64,000 nucleotides of DNA from the human T2T-CHM13v2.0 reference genome, Homo sapiens. Positions 28,926-41,935 of this stretch are shown in pieces. The notes beneath the pieces were generated by a model that was not told the DNA's origin, did no database searches, and saw only the letters and a program-made list of their open reading frames with translations. The position numbers and the translations under genes are program-made. The stretch lies in NCBI RefSeq assembly GCF_009914755.1, contig NC_060948.1; one strand, written 5' to 3'. Numbering within the stretch: position 1 is the stretch's first letter; the number at the start of each line of letters is the position of its first letter.

Positions 28926-31900
28926 GATTGGAATGGAATTGAATTGAATGGAATGGACTGGAATGAAATGGAATGAAATAGAATAGAACAAAATGAAGTG
29001 GTCTCGAATGGAATGGACTCAAATAGAATGGATTTGAAAGAAATGAATCGAATGGAATTTATTAGAATAGAATGGAAACAAGTGGAATGCAATAGTATGG
29101 AATGGAAACGAATGGAATGGAATCGAAGGTTACGGACCGGAAAGGAATGGACTGGAATAGAAAGGACACTAATATAATGGATTAAAATGTAATTGATTTG
29201 AAAGTAGTGGAATCGAATGCGATGTAATCAAATGGAATGCAATGCAATGCAATGGAATGGAACGAAGTGGAATCGAGAGAATGGAATCGTATGAAATGGA
29301 ATCGAATGAAATGGACTCGAATGAAATGGACTGAAAAAGATGGAATCAAAGAGACTGGAATAAAAAGGAACGGAATTGAATGTAATGGAATGGAAAGGAA
29401 TCAAAAGGAATGGAGACCAACGGAATTGAATCGAGTGGAATGGAATGGAAAGGAATAGAATGGAATTGAATCAGATGGAATGGAATGGAATGGAATACAA
29501 TGGAATGGAGTCGAATGTAATGGACTGGGACAAAATGGAATAGGACGGATTGTAATCAAATGGAAAGGAATAGAATGGACTGGATAGGAATGGATTCAAT
29601 TGGAATGGACTGGAATGGAATGGACTCGTATGGAAAGGACTAGAATTGAATGGAATAGAATGGAATGGAAATGAATGGAATGGTAAGGAAAGGAATGCAG
29701 TGGAATGGAATGGAATGGAATAAAAGGGAATGGGATCATATGGAAAGGAATGTAATGTAATAGCCTCTAATGGAATAGAATGGAAAGGAATAATATTGAA
29801 AGGAATGGAATAGATTGGAATGGCATGGAATGGAATGGACTCGAATGGAATGGACTCAAATGCAATAGCATCAAATGCAATGGCATTGAATGGAATGGAA
29901 TGGAATGGACTCACATGGAATCGAGTCAAATTAAATAGAATCTAATTGAATGGAATTGAATGGAATCGTAAGAATCAAATGGACTGCAGTGTGATGTAAA
30001 GATACCGAATACAATGGAATGGACTCGATTGCAATTTACTGGAATGGAATGGACTAGAATGGACTGGACTGGAGTGGAATGGACTCGAATGGAATGGAAA
30101 CTAATGGAATGGAATGGATCGGGATGGAATAAAATAGAATGTAATGGGATGGAGTGGAATGGAATGGAGTGGAAAGGATTCGAATGGAATAGAATAGAAT
30201 GGAATGGCAATGAATCAAATGGAATGGCATGCAATGGAATGGACTGTAACGGAATGTACTCGAATTGAATAGCATTGAATGTAATGGCATCAAATAGAAT
30301 GGAAAGGAATGGAATGGAATGGAATGTATTGAAATTTACTTTATTTGAATGCAGTGGAATCAAATAGAATGGACTCGAAAGAATGGACTCGGATGGGAAA
30401 TATTTGAATAGAAAGGAATCAAAAGGATTGCAGTACTGTGCAATTGAATCGAATGGAATTGAATCGAATAGAATGGTCCAGAATGGAATAGATTGGAATA
30501 TTTCATGAAATGCAATATAATTGATATGAATGGAATGGAATCGAATGCAATGTAATCAAACGGAATGGAGAGGAGTGCAATGGAATGGAAGAGAATGGAA
30601 TGCAATGGAAGGGAATGGAGTGGAATCGAGTAGAATGGAATAGAATGGAATGGACTGGAATGGAATGGACTCGAATGTAATTGACTGGAACAAAATGCTA
30701 TCAAACGGATTGGAATCAAATGGAATAGAATGGAATGGAATGGAGTAGAACGAAATGGCATCGAATGGAATGGAAACGGATGGAATGGAATTGAATGGAG
30801 TTGAAAGGATTAGAATGGAATGGAGTGAAATGGAAAGATATCGAATGGCATGGAATGCAACTAAATGGACACAAATTGAATGGAAAATAATGGAATAGAC
30901 TCTAATGGAATGCACGGGAGTGGAATGGAGTCGAATGGAATGGAAAAGAATGGAATGGAATGGAATGGAATGGAATGGAATGGAATAAAATATAATTGAA
31001 TGGAACACAATGGAAAGTAATAGAATGAAATGGAAGTGGATGGTATGCAATAGAACGGAGTGGAGACGAACGGAATAGAATTGAATGTAATGGCGTTGAA
31101 TGGAAGAGAATGGACTCAAATGGAATGGACTTGAATGGAATAGAAAGAGATGGAATGGCATGGAATGGCATGGAATGGAATGGACACAAATGTAAAGGAA
31201 TCAAACAGAATGGAGTTGAAAGGAATGGTCTCGAAAGGCAATTGTTCGTATAGAATTGAATCGACTGGAATACACTTTTATGATATGTAATAGAATAGAA
31301 AGGAATCGAATGAAATGGACAGGAACGGAATATACTGGAATAGAAAGGACTCTATTGTAATGAGCTACAAAGAAATAGATTCGAATGGAATGGAATCGAA
31401 TGTAATGTACTGAAATTGAATGGAATGGAATGCAATGGAATGGAATAAAATGGAATGCAATGAAATGGAATGGATTGCAATCGAGTGGAATTGAATCGAA
31501 GGGAATGGATTTCAATGGAATGGAGTAGATTGGAATATACTGGAATGATACAGACTCGAATGGAATGGAATGGAAAAATGGAATCGAACGAGTAGGAATC
31601 AAACGGAATGGAAAGGAATGCAACGGAATGGAATGGCTTCAAAAGGAATTGAGTCGAATGGAATGGAATCAAAGTGAAAGGAATCGAAAGGAATGCAAGG
31701 GAATAGCATAAAAGGAATTTAATGGAAAGATATTGAATGGAACAGAATGGAATGGAATCGAATGGAATGGACTTCAATGAAATGGTCTTGAATGGAAAGG
31801 AGTGAACTGGAATGGACTCGAAAGAAATGGAAACGGATGGAATGGAATGGAAGGGAAAGGAATAGAATGGAATAGAAACGGCTGGAACAGAATGAAATGG

Positions 31901-32569
31901 AATGGAGTCGAATGGATTATAATCAAATGGAATGGCATCGAATGAAATAGAAAGGAAAGACTCGAATGGAATGGAAACGAATGGAATGGAATAGAATGGA
32001 ATGGAACCAGATGGAACAGAATGGAATGGAATGGACTCGAATGCAATAGAATCAAATGGAATGGCATTGAATGGAAGGGAATGGAATGGACTCGAATGGA
32101 ATGGACTCAAATGGAATAGAATAGAATTTAATGGAATAGAATGGATTGGAAGGAATGGAATGTACTCGAATGGAATGGAGACGAATGGAATATAATCGAA
32201 TGGAATGGACTGGAGTTGAAAGGACACGAATGGAATGGAAATTAAAGGAAAGGAATGGAATGGAAAGGAATGGAAAGGAAAGGAATAGAATGCATGTAAT
32301 TGGATGTAACGGAAATGAATAGAAAGGAGTGAAATGGAATAGAATAAAATGGAATGGCACCGAAGAGAAGGGTATCGAATATAATGGAATGTAATTTAAT
32401 GGAATGCACCCGAATATAATCGACTCCAATGGAATAGAATAGAATGGAATATCATGGAATGAAATGGAATGGAATGGAATGGAATGGAATGGAATGGAAT
32501 GGAATGGAATACAATGGAATGGAGTGGAATGGAATGGAATGGAGTGTAATGGAATGGAATGGAATAGAC

Positions 32570-33560
32570 TCAAATGTAATGGACTCGAATCCAAGGCAGT
32601 CAAATAGAACGGACTCCAAAGGAATGGCCTCGAATGGAGTTAATTTGAATAGAGAGGAATGGAATGGAATACGATAGTATGGAAAATAATCGAATGTAAA
32701 GGTATCAAATGGAAAGGAAGGCAATGGAATGGAATGGTCTGAAATAGAATGGACTTGAATGTACTTGATAGCGGTGTAGTTGAAACGAATGGAATGGATC
32801 GAAAAAATATAATCAAATGGAATGGAATAGAGTGCAATAGAATGGAATAGAAAGGAGTGCAATTGAATAGAATGGAGTGGAATGGAGTGAAAAGGAATCA
32901 AATGGAATGGAATCGAATGGTAGGGTCTGGAAAGCAATGTATCCAAATGGAATGGAAGGGAAAAAAATGCAATTGAACGGCTTAGAATCGATCAGAATGG
33001 AATGGATTGGAATGGAGTCGAATGGAATGGAGTCGAATAGAATGGAATGGCATGGAACGGTATAGAATGGAATGGAATGGAATGGAATGGAATAGACCCA
33101 AATGTAATGGACTCGAATCAAAGGGACTCAAATAGAATGGACTCGAAAGGAATGGCCTCGAATGGAGTTGATTTGATTAGAATTGAAAGGAATGGAATAC
33201 AATAGTATGGAAAGGAATCGAATGGACCGGCATCAAATGGAAAGGAAGGCAATGGAATGGACTGGAATAGAACGGACTCGAATGTACTGGATAGCGGTGT
33301 ATTTGAAACGAATGGAATGGAATCGAAACAATGTAATCAAAGGGAATGGAATGGACTGCAATGGAATGGAACAGAAAGGAATGCAATGGAATGGAATGGA
33401 GTGGAATTGAGTGAAAGGGAATCGAATGGAATGGAATCGAATGGGATGATCTGGAATGGAATGTATCTGAATGGAATGGAAGGGAAAAAAATGCAATCGA
33501 ACGGCTTAGAACCGTACAGAATGGAATCGATTGGAATGGAGTCGAATGGAACGGAATCCA
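32570..33560 (+). repeat. Local tandem duplication, ~524 bp period
   Basis: ATAGCGGTGTA at 32768 and 33291. GGAAGGGAAAAAAATGCAAT(T/C)GAACGGCTTAGAA at ~32954 and ~33478. GGAATGGCCTCGAATGGAGTT is shared. Confidence 0.85.
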
Positions 33561-36384
33561 AAGGAATGCACTCTAATGGAATGAGAATGAATGGAGTCAA
33601 AAGGAATAGAATGGAATCGAGTGTATTGGAAAGATATCGAATGGATTGGAAAGGAATTGATTCGAATGGAATGCACTCGAATGCAATCCAGTGGAGTGGA
33701 ATGGACGAGAATGGAAAGGAAATAAACGGAATAGGAAGGAAAGGAATGGAATGGAATGGAACTCTATGGAAACGAATAGAATTAAATGGAATCGGTTGGA
33801 ATGGAATGGAAGGGAATGGAGTCTAATAGAATAGAATCGAATGGAATGGCATTGAATCGAATGGAATTGAAGGGAGTTGACTCGAATGGGAAGGACCCCA
33901 ATGGAATTGAATTGAATGGAAAGGCATCGAATTAAATCGAAAAGAATGGAATGGAGTGAACTGAAATGGAATGGATTCGAATGGAATAGACTAGAATGGT
34001 ATGGCATCGAAGGGAAAGGAATGGAATGGAATGGAATGGTATGGACCGAAATGTAATGGACTGTACTCAAATATAATGGATTTGAAAGGAATGGTCTCAA
34101 AACAATTCATTCGATTAGAATGGAATCGAATTTAATGAAATAGTATTTAATAGATTCTAAGGGAATAGATTCCAATGGAAGGCACCAGAATGGAATGGAA
34201 ATTAATAGAACAGACAGAAATGTAATGGATTTCAATGTAATTACTATGAATGGAATGGAATCGGTTTTAATGCAATCAAATGGAATGGAAACTTATGCAA
34301 TGGAATGGAATAGAATGTAATGCAATGAAATGGAACGGAGTGGAATCGAGTGTAATGGATTCCAATGAAATGGCAACCAATGGAATCGAATCGAATGTAA
34401 TGGACACGAATTGAATGGAATGGAAAAATATGCAATCGAACGAATTGGAATCGAACGAAATGGAACGGAATGGAACGGAAGGTACTCGAATGGAATGGAA
34501 TCTAGTTTAATAGAATCGAATGGAATGGCATCGATTGGAAAGGAATGGAATGGAATGGACTCGAATGTAATGGACACGAATGGAATGGAATGGAATGGAA
34601 TGGAATGGAATGGAATGGAATGGAATGGAATGCACCCAAATGTAATGAACTCTAATGAAATGGACTTTAATAGAATGGATTAGAAAACAATGGGCTCGAA
34701 TGGAATTTAATCAAGTTGAATGGAATGGAATGGAATGGAATGCAAAACTATGGAATAGCATCAAATGGAATGGAATAGAATGGAGTGGAATGGAATGAAA
34801 TACACAGGTATAGAACAGACTCGAATATAATGGATTGCAATGTAAGTGATTCAAATGGAATGGAATAAAATGGAATATAATCAAATGGAATGGAATGGAG
34901 TGCATTGGAATGGAATAAAATGGAATGCAAACAATGGAAGAGAACTCAGTTGAATCTAGAGGAATGGAATCGAATGCAATGGAAAAGAATGGAATGGACA
35001 CGAATGGAATGGATTGGAAACAAATGGAATGGAAAGGATTTTAATCAAACAGAACAAAATAGAATGCAATGGACTCGAATGAAACGGAGTCGAAGAGAAT
35101 AGAATCAAATGGAAAGGAATCGAATGCAATCGAACCGAATGGAATGTGAATGAAGTTAATTGAAAGAAATAGAATGGAATGAAGTGTAATGGAAAGATAT
35201 CGAATTGAATGGAATTGAATGGAATGGACACAAACGGAAAGGACTGGAATGGAATGAACTTGAAAGGAATAGAATGGAGCGGAATGGACTCGAGTGAATT
35301 GGAATCGAATGGTATAGAATAGAATGGAATGCAAAGAAAAGGAATAGAAGGGAATGGAATCGGATATAACGGGACAGATTGGAATGGGGTAGAATTGAAT
35401 AGAATCGAAAGGAATGTCATCGAATGTAATGGAATGGAATGGACTCGAATGGAATGGAGTGACATGTAATGGAATCTAAAGGAATGGAATCGAATAAAAT
35501 GGAATTGAATGGAATAGAAAGGAATAGAATGGAATGGAGTTTAATGGAAAGATATTAAAAGTAATGGAATGGAATTGAGTGGACACGAATGGAATGGACT
35601 GGAATGGAAAGGACTCGAATGAAATGGAGCGCATTAGAATGGACTCTAATGGAATGGATTGGAGTTGAATGGTCTCGAATGGATTGGAAACGAATGGAAA
35701 GGAAAGGAATAGAATGGAATGTAATCAAATGGAACGAAAAGGAATGGAATGGATTAGACTGGAACAGAATTGAATGGAGTGGAATTGAATGGAATGGAAT
35801 GCAATCGAACGGAATGGACACGAATGGAATAGAATGAAATGAAATGGCATAGAATGGAATGGAATGGAATGGAATGGAATGGAATGGAATGGAATGGCAT
35901 GGAATGGAATGCAATGGAATGAAATGGATTGGAATGGGACGGACCCAAAAGTAATGGACTCAAATAAAAGGGACTCAAATAGAATGAATTGGAAAGAAAA
36001 GGTCTCGAATGTAATTTATTCGAATAGAAAGATATTGAATGGAATGCAAAAGTATGCAATGGTATCGAATAGAATGGAATAGAATGGAATGGAATGGAAC
36101 GGAATGCAGTGCATTTGAACAGACACAAATGCAATAAATTGCAATATAATTGATTCAAATGGAATGGAATCAAATAGAATGCAAACAAATGGAATGGAAG
36201 GCAATGCAATGGAAAGGAATAGAATGAAATGGAATAAATAGAATGGAATCGAATGGAAAGGACGCGAATATAATGGACTGTTAAGGAAAGGTCTCGAATT
36301 GAATTTATTCCAATCGAATGGAATGCAATGCTATTTAATCGAATCGAACGGAATGGAATAGAATGGAATGGACAGGAATGTAAT

Positions 36385-39300
36385 GAACTGGAAGTGAATG
36401 GACAAGAACGTAATATATTGCAGTGTAATTTATTCAAATGGAATGGAATGCAATCGAATGGAATGGACTCGATTGGAATGGACTGGAGTGGAATGGACTC
36501 AAATGGAATGGAAACGAATGTAATGGAATGGAACGGAAAGCAAAGGAATCTACTGGAATAGAATCGAACGGAACAGAAAGGAATGGAATGGAATGGAGCG
36601 GAATGGACTCGAATGGAATGTATTCGAATGTAATGGACCTGAAGGGAATGGAATCCAATGGAATGGAATTGAATGGAATCAAAAGGAATAGAAACGAATA
36701 GAGTGTAATTGAATGATATCGAAAGGAAGAGAATGGAATGAACTCGAATGGAATGCACTGGAATGGAATGGACTTGATCAGAACGGACTGGAGAGGAATG
36801 TACACAAATGGAATAGAAACGAGTGGAATGGAATGAAATGGAATAGAATGAAATGGAATTGAAAGGAACTGAATCAAATGGAATCAAAAGGAATGGAATG
36901 GATTGGAATAGAATGGATTCAAATAAAATAGAATCGATTGGAATGGTATTCAATGGAAGGGACTTGAATGGAATGGAAAGCAATGGAAGATATTGGAATC
37001 GAATGGCATCGAATGAAATGGAATGGAACGGAATGGAACGGAACCGAATGGAATGGAATGGACTCAAATGTAATGGACTCGTATGTAATCGAATGAAATA
37101 TAATAGACTCGAAAGGAATGGACTCGAGCGGAATTTATTTGAATAGAATGGAATCAATTGGAATACAATAGTATTGAAAGGAATAGAATCGAATGGAATC
37201 GAATGGAATGTAATAAAATGGAATGGCAAGGAATTCAATATAATGGAATAGACTGGAATGCACTGGAAAGGAGCAGGGTGGAATCGAGTGTAATGGAATC
37301 AAAGGGAATGAAATCGAATTGAATGGACTTGAATGGAATTGACTCGAAAGGAATTGACTCGAAAGGAATGGACTGGAACAAAAAGGAATCAAATGGACAG
37401 GAATGGAATGGACTCGAATGGAATGGAGTGAAATGCAAACGCATCGAATGGAATGGATTCAAATGGAATGCAATTGAATGGAATAGAAAGGAAGAGAATG
37501 GAATTGAGAGTAATGGAAAGATATCGATTGGAATGAAATGGAATGGAAAGGAATTGAATGGAAAGGAATGGACTCGAAAGAAATGGATTGCAATGGAATG
37601 GTCTCCAACGGAGTGGACTGGAGGGGAATGGAATCGAATGGAATGAAAAGAATGGAACGGAATGGAACGGAAAGGAATAGAATGTTATGGAATCCGATTG
37701 GACAGAATGGAATGGAATGGAGTTTCATGAAATGGAGTCGAATAGAGTGGCATCAAAAGGAATGGAATGGAATGGAGTGGACTCAAAAGGAATGGACTCG
37801 AAAGGAATGGAGTCGAACCAAATTGAATGAAATGGATTGGAGTCGAACAGAATGGAATGGAATGGAATGAACTCGACTGGAGTAGAGAGGAATGTAAAGG
37901 AATAGAATGGAATGTAATCAAATGGATTGCAAGTGAATGGAATCAAAAATAATAGAAAGGAATGGAGTGTAAAGGGATGATATTGAATATAATGGAATAG
38001 AATGGAATTTAATGGAATGGAGACGAAGGAATGGACAGGAATGTAATGGACGCCAATGGAATGGAATGGATCAAAATGGATTTGAACAGATTGGAATCGA
38101 ACGGAATGGAATGTAATGGAATGGAATGGACTCGAATGGAGAAGAGACAAATGGAATGGAAACGAATTCAATGGAATTGAAAAGAATAGGATGGAATGGC
38201 GTGTAATGGTAAGATACTAAATGGAATGGAATTGAACGGAATGTAATGGAATGGAACCAAATGTAATGCACTCGAATGGAATATACTGAAATAGAATGGA
38301 ATCGAAAGGAAAGGTCTCAAATGGAATTTATTCAATACAATGGATTCGAATGGAAAGCTATAGAATTGAATGGAATCGAATGTAATGGAATCAAATAGAA
38401 TGAACCAGAATGGAATGGACTGCCATAGAACGGACTGCAGTGTAATGGATTGAATTCTAATTCATTCAAATGGAATGGAATTGAATGGAATGGAATCCAA
38501 TGGAATGGATAGGATTGTACTGCAATGGAATAGAATGGAATGCAACGGAGTGGAATGGAGTTGAATGAAGTGGAATGGAATCGATTGGAATGGAATCAAA
38601 TGGAATGGACGGGAATGGAATGGACTGGAAGAGAACAGACTCGAATATAATGGATTGCAAAGTAATTGATTCAAACGGAATGGAATCGAATGGAATGTAA
38701 TAAAATTGAAGGGAATTGAGTTCAATGCAATGGAATAGAATGGAATGCAAAGGAAAGGAAAGGTACGGAGTGAAACCGAGTGTAATGGAATCGAAGGGAA
38801 TGACATCGAATGGAATGGACTCAAAAGAAATGGACGAGGGACAAAACGGAATCGAACTGATTGGAATCGAACGGAACGGAATGGAATGGAATGGTCTCCA
38901 TTGGATCGCAGTAGAACGGATTGGAATGGAATGGAATGAAATGGAATGGAAAGGAATAGAATGGAATGGAATGGAATGGAAGGAAATGGAAAGATATCGA
39001 ACGGATTGGAAAGGAATGGAATGGACCCTAATGGAATGGAATGGAATTCAACAGAAACGAATGGAATGGACTGGAGTGTAATGGAGTCGAATGTAATTGA
39101 CTGGAGTGGAATGGACTCGAATAGAATGGACTGGAATGGATTGAACTCGAATGGAGTGGAAAGGAATAAAATGGATTCCACCAGATTGGAATGGAACAGA
39201 ATGTAATGTAATGGAATGGAATACAATGGAATAGCACGAATGGAATGGAGTCGAACGCAATGGAACAGAAAGGAAAGGAATTGAATGGAATTGAAAGTAA

Positions 39301-41935
39301 CAAAATAAAATGGAGTGCAAAGGAAAGATATCGAACGGAATAGATCGAAAAGAAATAGAATGGAATGGACAGGAATGGAATGGAATAGAATGGAATAGAC
39401 TGGCCTGCAATGAAAACGAATGGAATGGAAACGAATGGAATGGAATGGAAAGGAATGGAGTAGAATAAATACTATGGAATGGAATGGAGGCGAAAGGAAA
39501 AGAATGGATTGGAATGTCACCGAATGGAAAGATACGGAATGGAAAGGAATGGATACGAATGGAATGGAATAGAAAGGAACGGAAAGGTAAAGAATGGAAT
39601 GGAATCGGATAGAATGGAATGCAATGTAATGGAGTCGAAGGGAAAGTAAACGAGTAGAATGATATCGAATGGAATGGAATTTAATGGAATGGAATGGAAT
39701 GGAATGGACTCGAATGGAATGTACTCAAATGGATTAGAATAGAATGGAATGGAACTAAACGTAATGAACTCGAATGGAATGGACACAAATAGAATGGAAG
39801 AGAAAGGAATGGTATTGAATGGAATTTATTCGAATAGAGTGGAATTCAATGGAATGCAAGAGTGTGGCATGGAATCAAATGGAATGGAATCGAATGGAAT
39901 GGACCTGAGTGGAATGGACTCACATAGAACAGCCTCGAATGTAATGGATTACAATATATTAGATTCGAAAGGACTGAAATCGAATGGAATGTAATCAAGT
40001 AGAACGGAATTGAATGCATGGAATGGCATAGAAAGTAATGCAATGGAATGGAATAGACTGGAATCGAATGGAATCGGATGGAATGTAATGAAATATAATG
40101 GAAGGAATGCCATGGAATGGAATGGAATGGAATGCAATGGGACGGTGTATAATGGAGTGCAATGGATTTCAGTGGAATGTAGTCAAAAGGAAAGAAATAG
40201 AATGGAATTCAATATAATGGAATGGCATCCAAAGGCAAGGAATGGAGCGGACTCCAATGGAAACGACATGAAAGGAATATAATATAACGGAATGGCATTG
40301 AAGGAAATGGAATGCAATGGAGTTAAAAGGTAAAATATCGAAAGGAAAAGAATTGAATGGACTCGAATGGAATATAATGGAATGGAATGGACTCGAATGG
40401 AATGTACTAGAGTTGAATGGAAACGAATGGAATGGAAAACAATGGAAAGGAAAGGAAAGGAATTGAAAGGAAAGGAATAGAATGGAATGGAATCGGATGG
40501 AACGGAATTGAATGGAATGGAAACTAAAGGAATAGAATAGAAAGGAATGGCATTGAATGGAATGGAATGGAATGGAATCAGATGGAATAGAAAGTAAAGG
40601 AATAGAATCGAATGGAATGGCATCGAAAGGATTGGAATGGAATGTAATGGAATGGAATAGAAAGGAATGGAATGGACTCGAATGGAATGTAGTCAAATAG
40701 AATACAATAGAATGGAATAGAAGTAAATATAATGGACTCGAATGGAATGCATTGGAATAAATTGGAATTGAGTGTATTGGATTCGAATGGAAAGGAATGG
40801 AATGGAATAGAATGGAATGGATACGAATGGAATGGAATCGAATGGAATGGAACGAATTGGAATGTAATTGAATGGAGTCAAAAACAGTAGAAAGAAATGA
40901 AGTTTAATCGAATGATATCGAATGGAATTGAGTGGAATGTACGCGAATGGAATGGACTCGAATGGAATGCAGTGAAATGTAACGGAATCGAAAGGAATGG
41001 AATCCAATGAAATGGAATTGAATGGAATAGAAAGGAATACAATGGAATGGAGTTTAATGGAAAGATATTAAAATAATGGAATGGAATTGAGTGGACACGA
41101 AAGGAATGCACTGGAATGGAAAGGACTCGAATGAAATGGAGCGCATTAGAATGGACTCGAATGGAATGGATTGGAGTGGAATGGTCTCGAATGGATTGGA
41201 AACGAATGGAATGGAAAGGTATAGAATGGAATGTAATCAAATGGAACGAAATGGAATGGAATGGATTCGACTGGAACAGAATTGAATGTAGTGGAATTGA
41301 ATGGAATGGAATGCAATCAAATGGAATGGACACGAATCGAATAGAATGAAATGAAATAGCCTAGAATGGAATGAAATGGAATGGAATGGAATGGAACGGA
41401 ATGGAATGGAATGGAATGGCATAGAATGGAATGGCATGGCATGTAATGGAATGGAATGGAATGAAATGGATTGGAAGGGGATGGGCCCAAAGAAATAGAC
41501 TCAAATAAAAGGGACTCAAATAGAATGAAGTGGAAAGAAACGGTCTCCAATGTAATTTATTCGAATAGAATGATATTGAATGGAATGCAATAGTATGGAA
41601 TGCTATCGAATAGTATGGAATAGAATGGAATGGAATGGAACGGAATGTAGTGCAATTGAACAGACTCAAATGCAATAAATTGCAATATAATTGATTCAAA
41701 TGGAATGGAATCGAATAGAATGTAAACAAATGGAATGGAAGGCAATGCAATGGAAAGGAATCGAATGAAATGGAATAAATGGAATGGAATGGAATGGAAA
41801 GGACGCGAATATATTGGACTGTTAAGGAAAGGTGTCGAATCGAATTTATTCCAATAGAATGGAATCGAATGGATTGCAATACTATTGAATCGAATCGAAT
41901 GGAATGGAATTGAATGGAATGGACAGGAATGGAAT
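36385..41935 (+). repeat. HOR period 1, full length (5,551 bp), most divergent copy
   Basis: Phased on the GAACTGGAA(G/A)TGA(A/C)TGGACA marker at 36385 and 41936. It contains the segment with GCGCATTAGA and GTGTGGCATGG. Confidence 0.88.

Larger units (their letters stand above)
1..35430 (+). repeat. Old, divergent HSat3 layer with no homogeneous higher-order repeat
   Basis: Heavily substituted pentamers. Distinctive k-mers mostly occur once or in diverged pairs. The diagnostic markers of the downstream HOR (GCGCATTAGA, GATTCCACCAGATTGG) were not seen here. Confidence 0.85.

Noticed and set aside
240-35430. CRISPR-like or retron-like array suggested by recurring motifs with variable intervals
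   Set aside because: The intervals are satellite sequence, not unique spacers, their lengths vary by hundreds of bp, and there are no associated genes.
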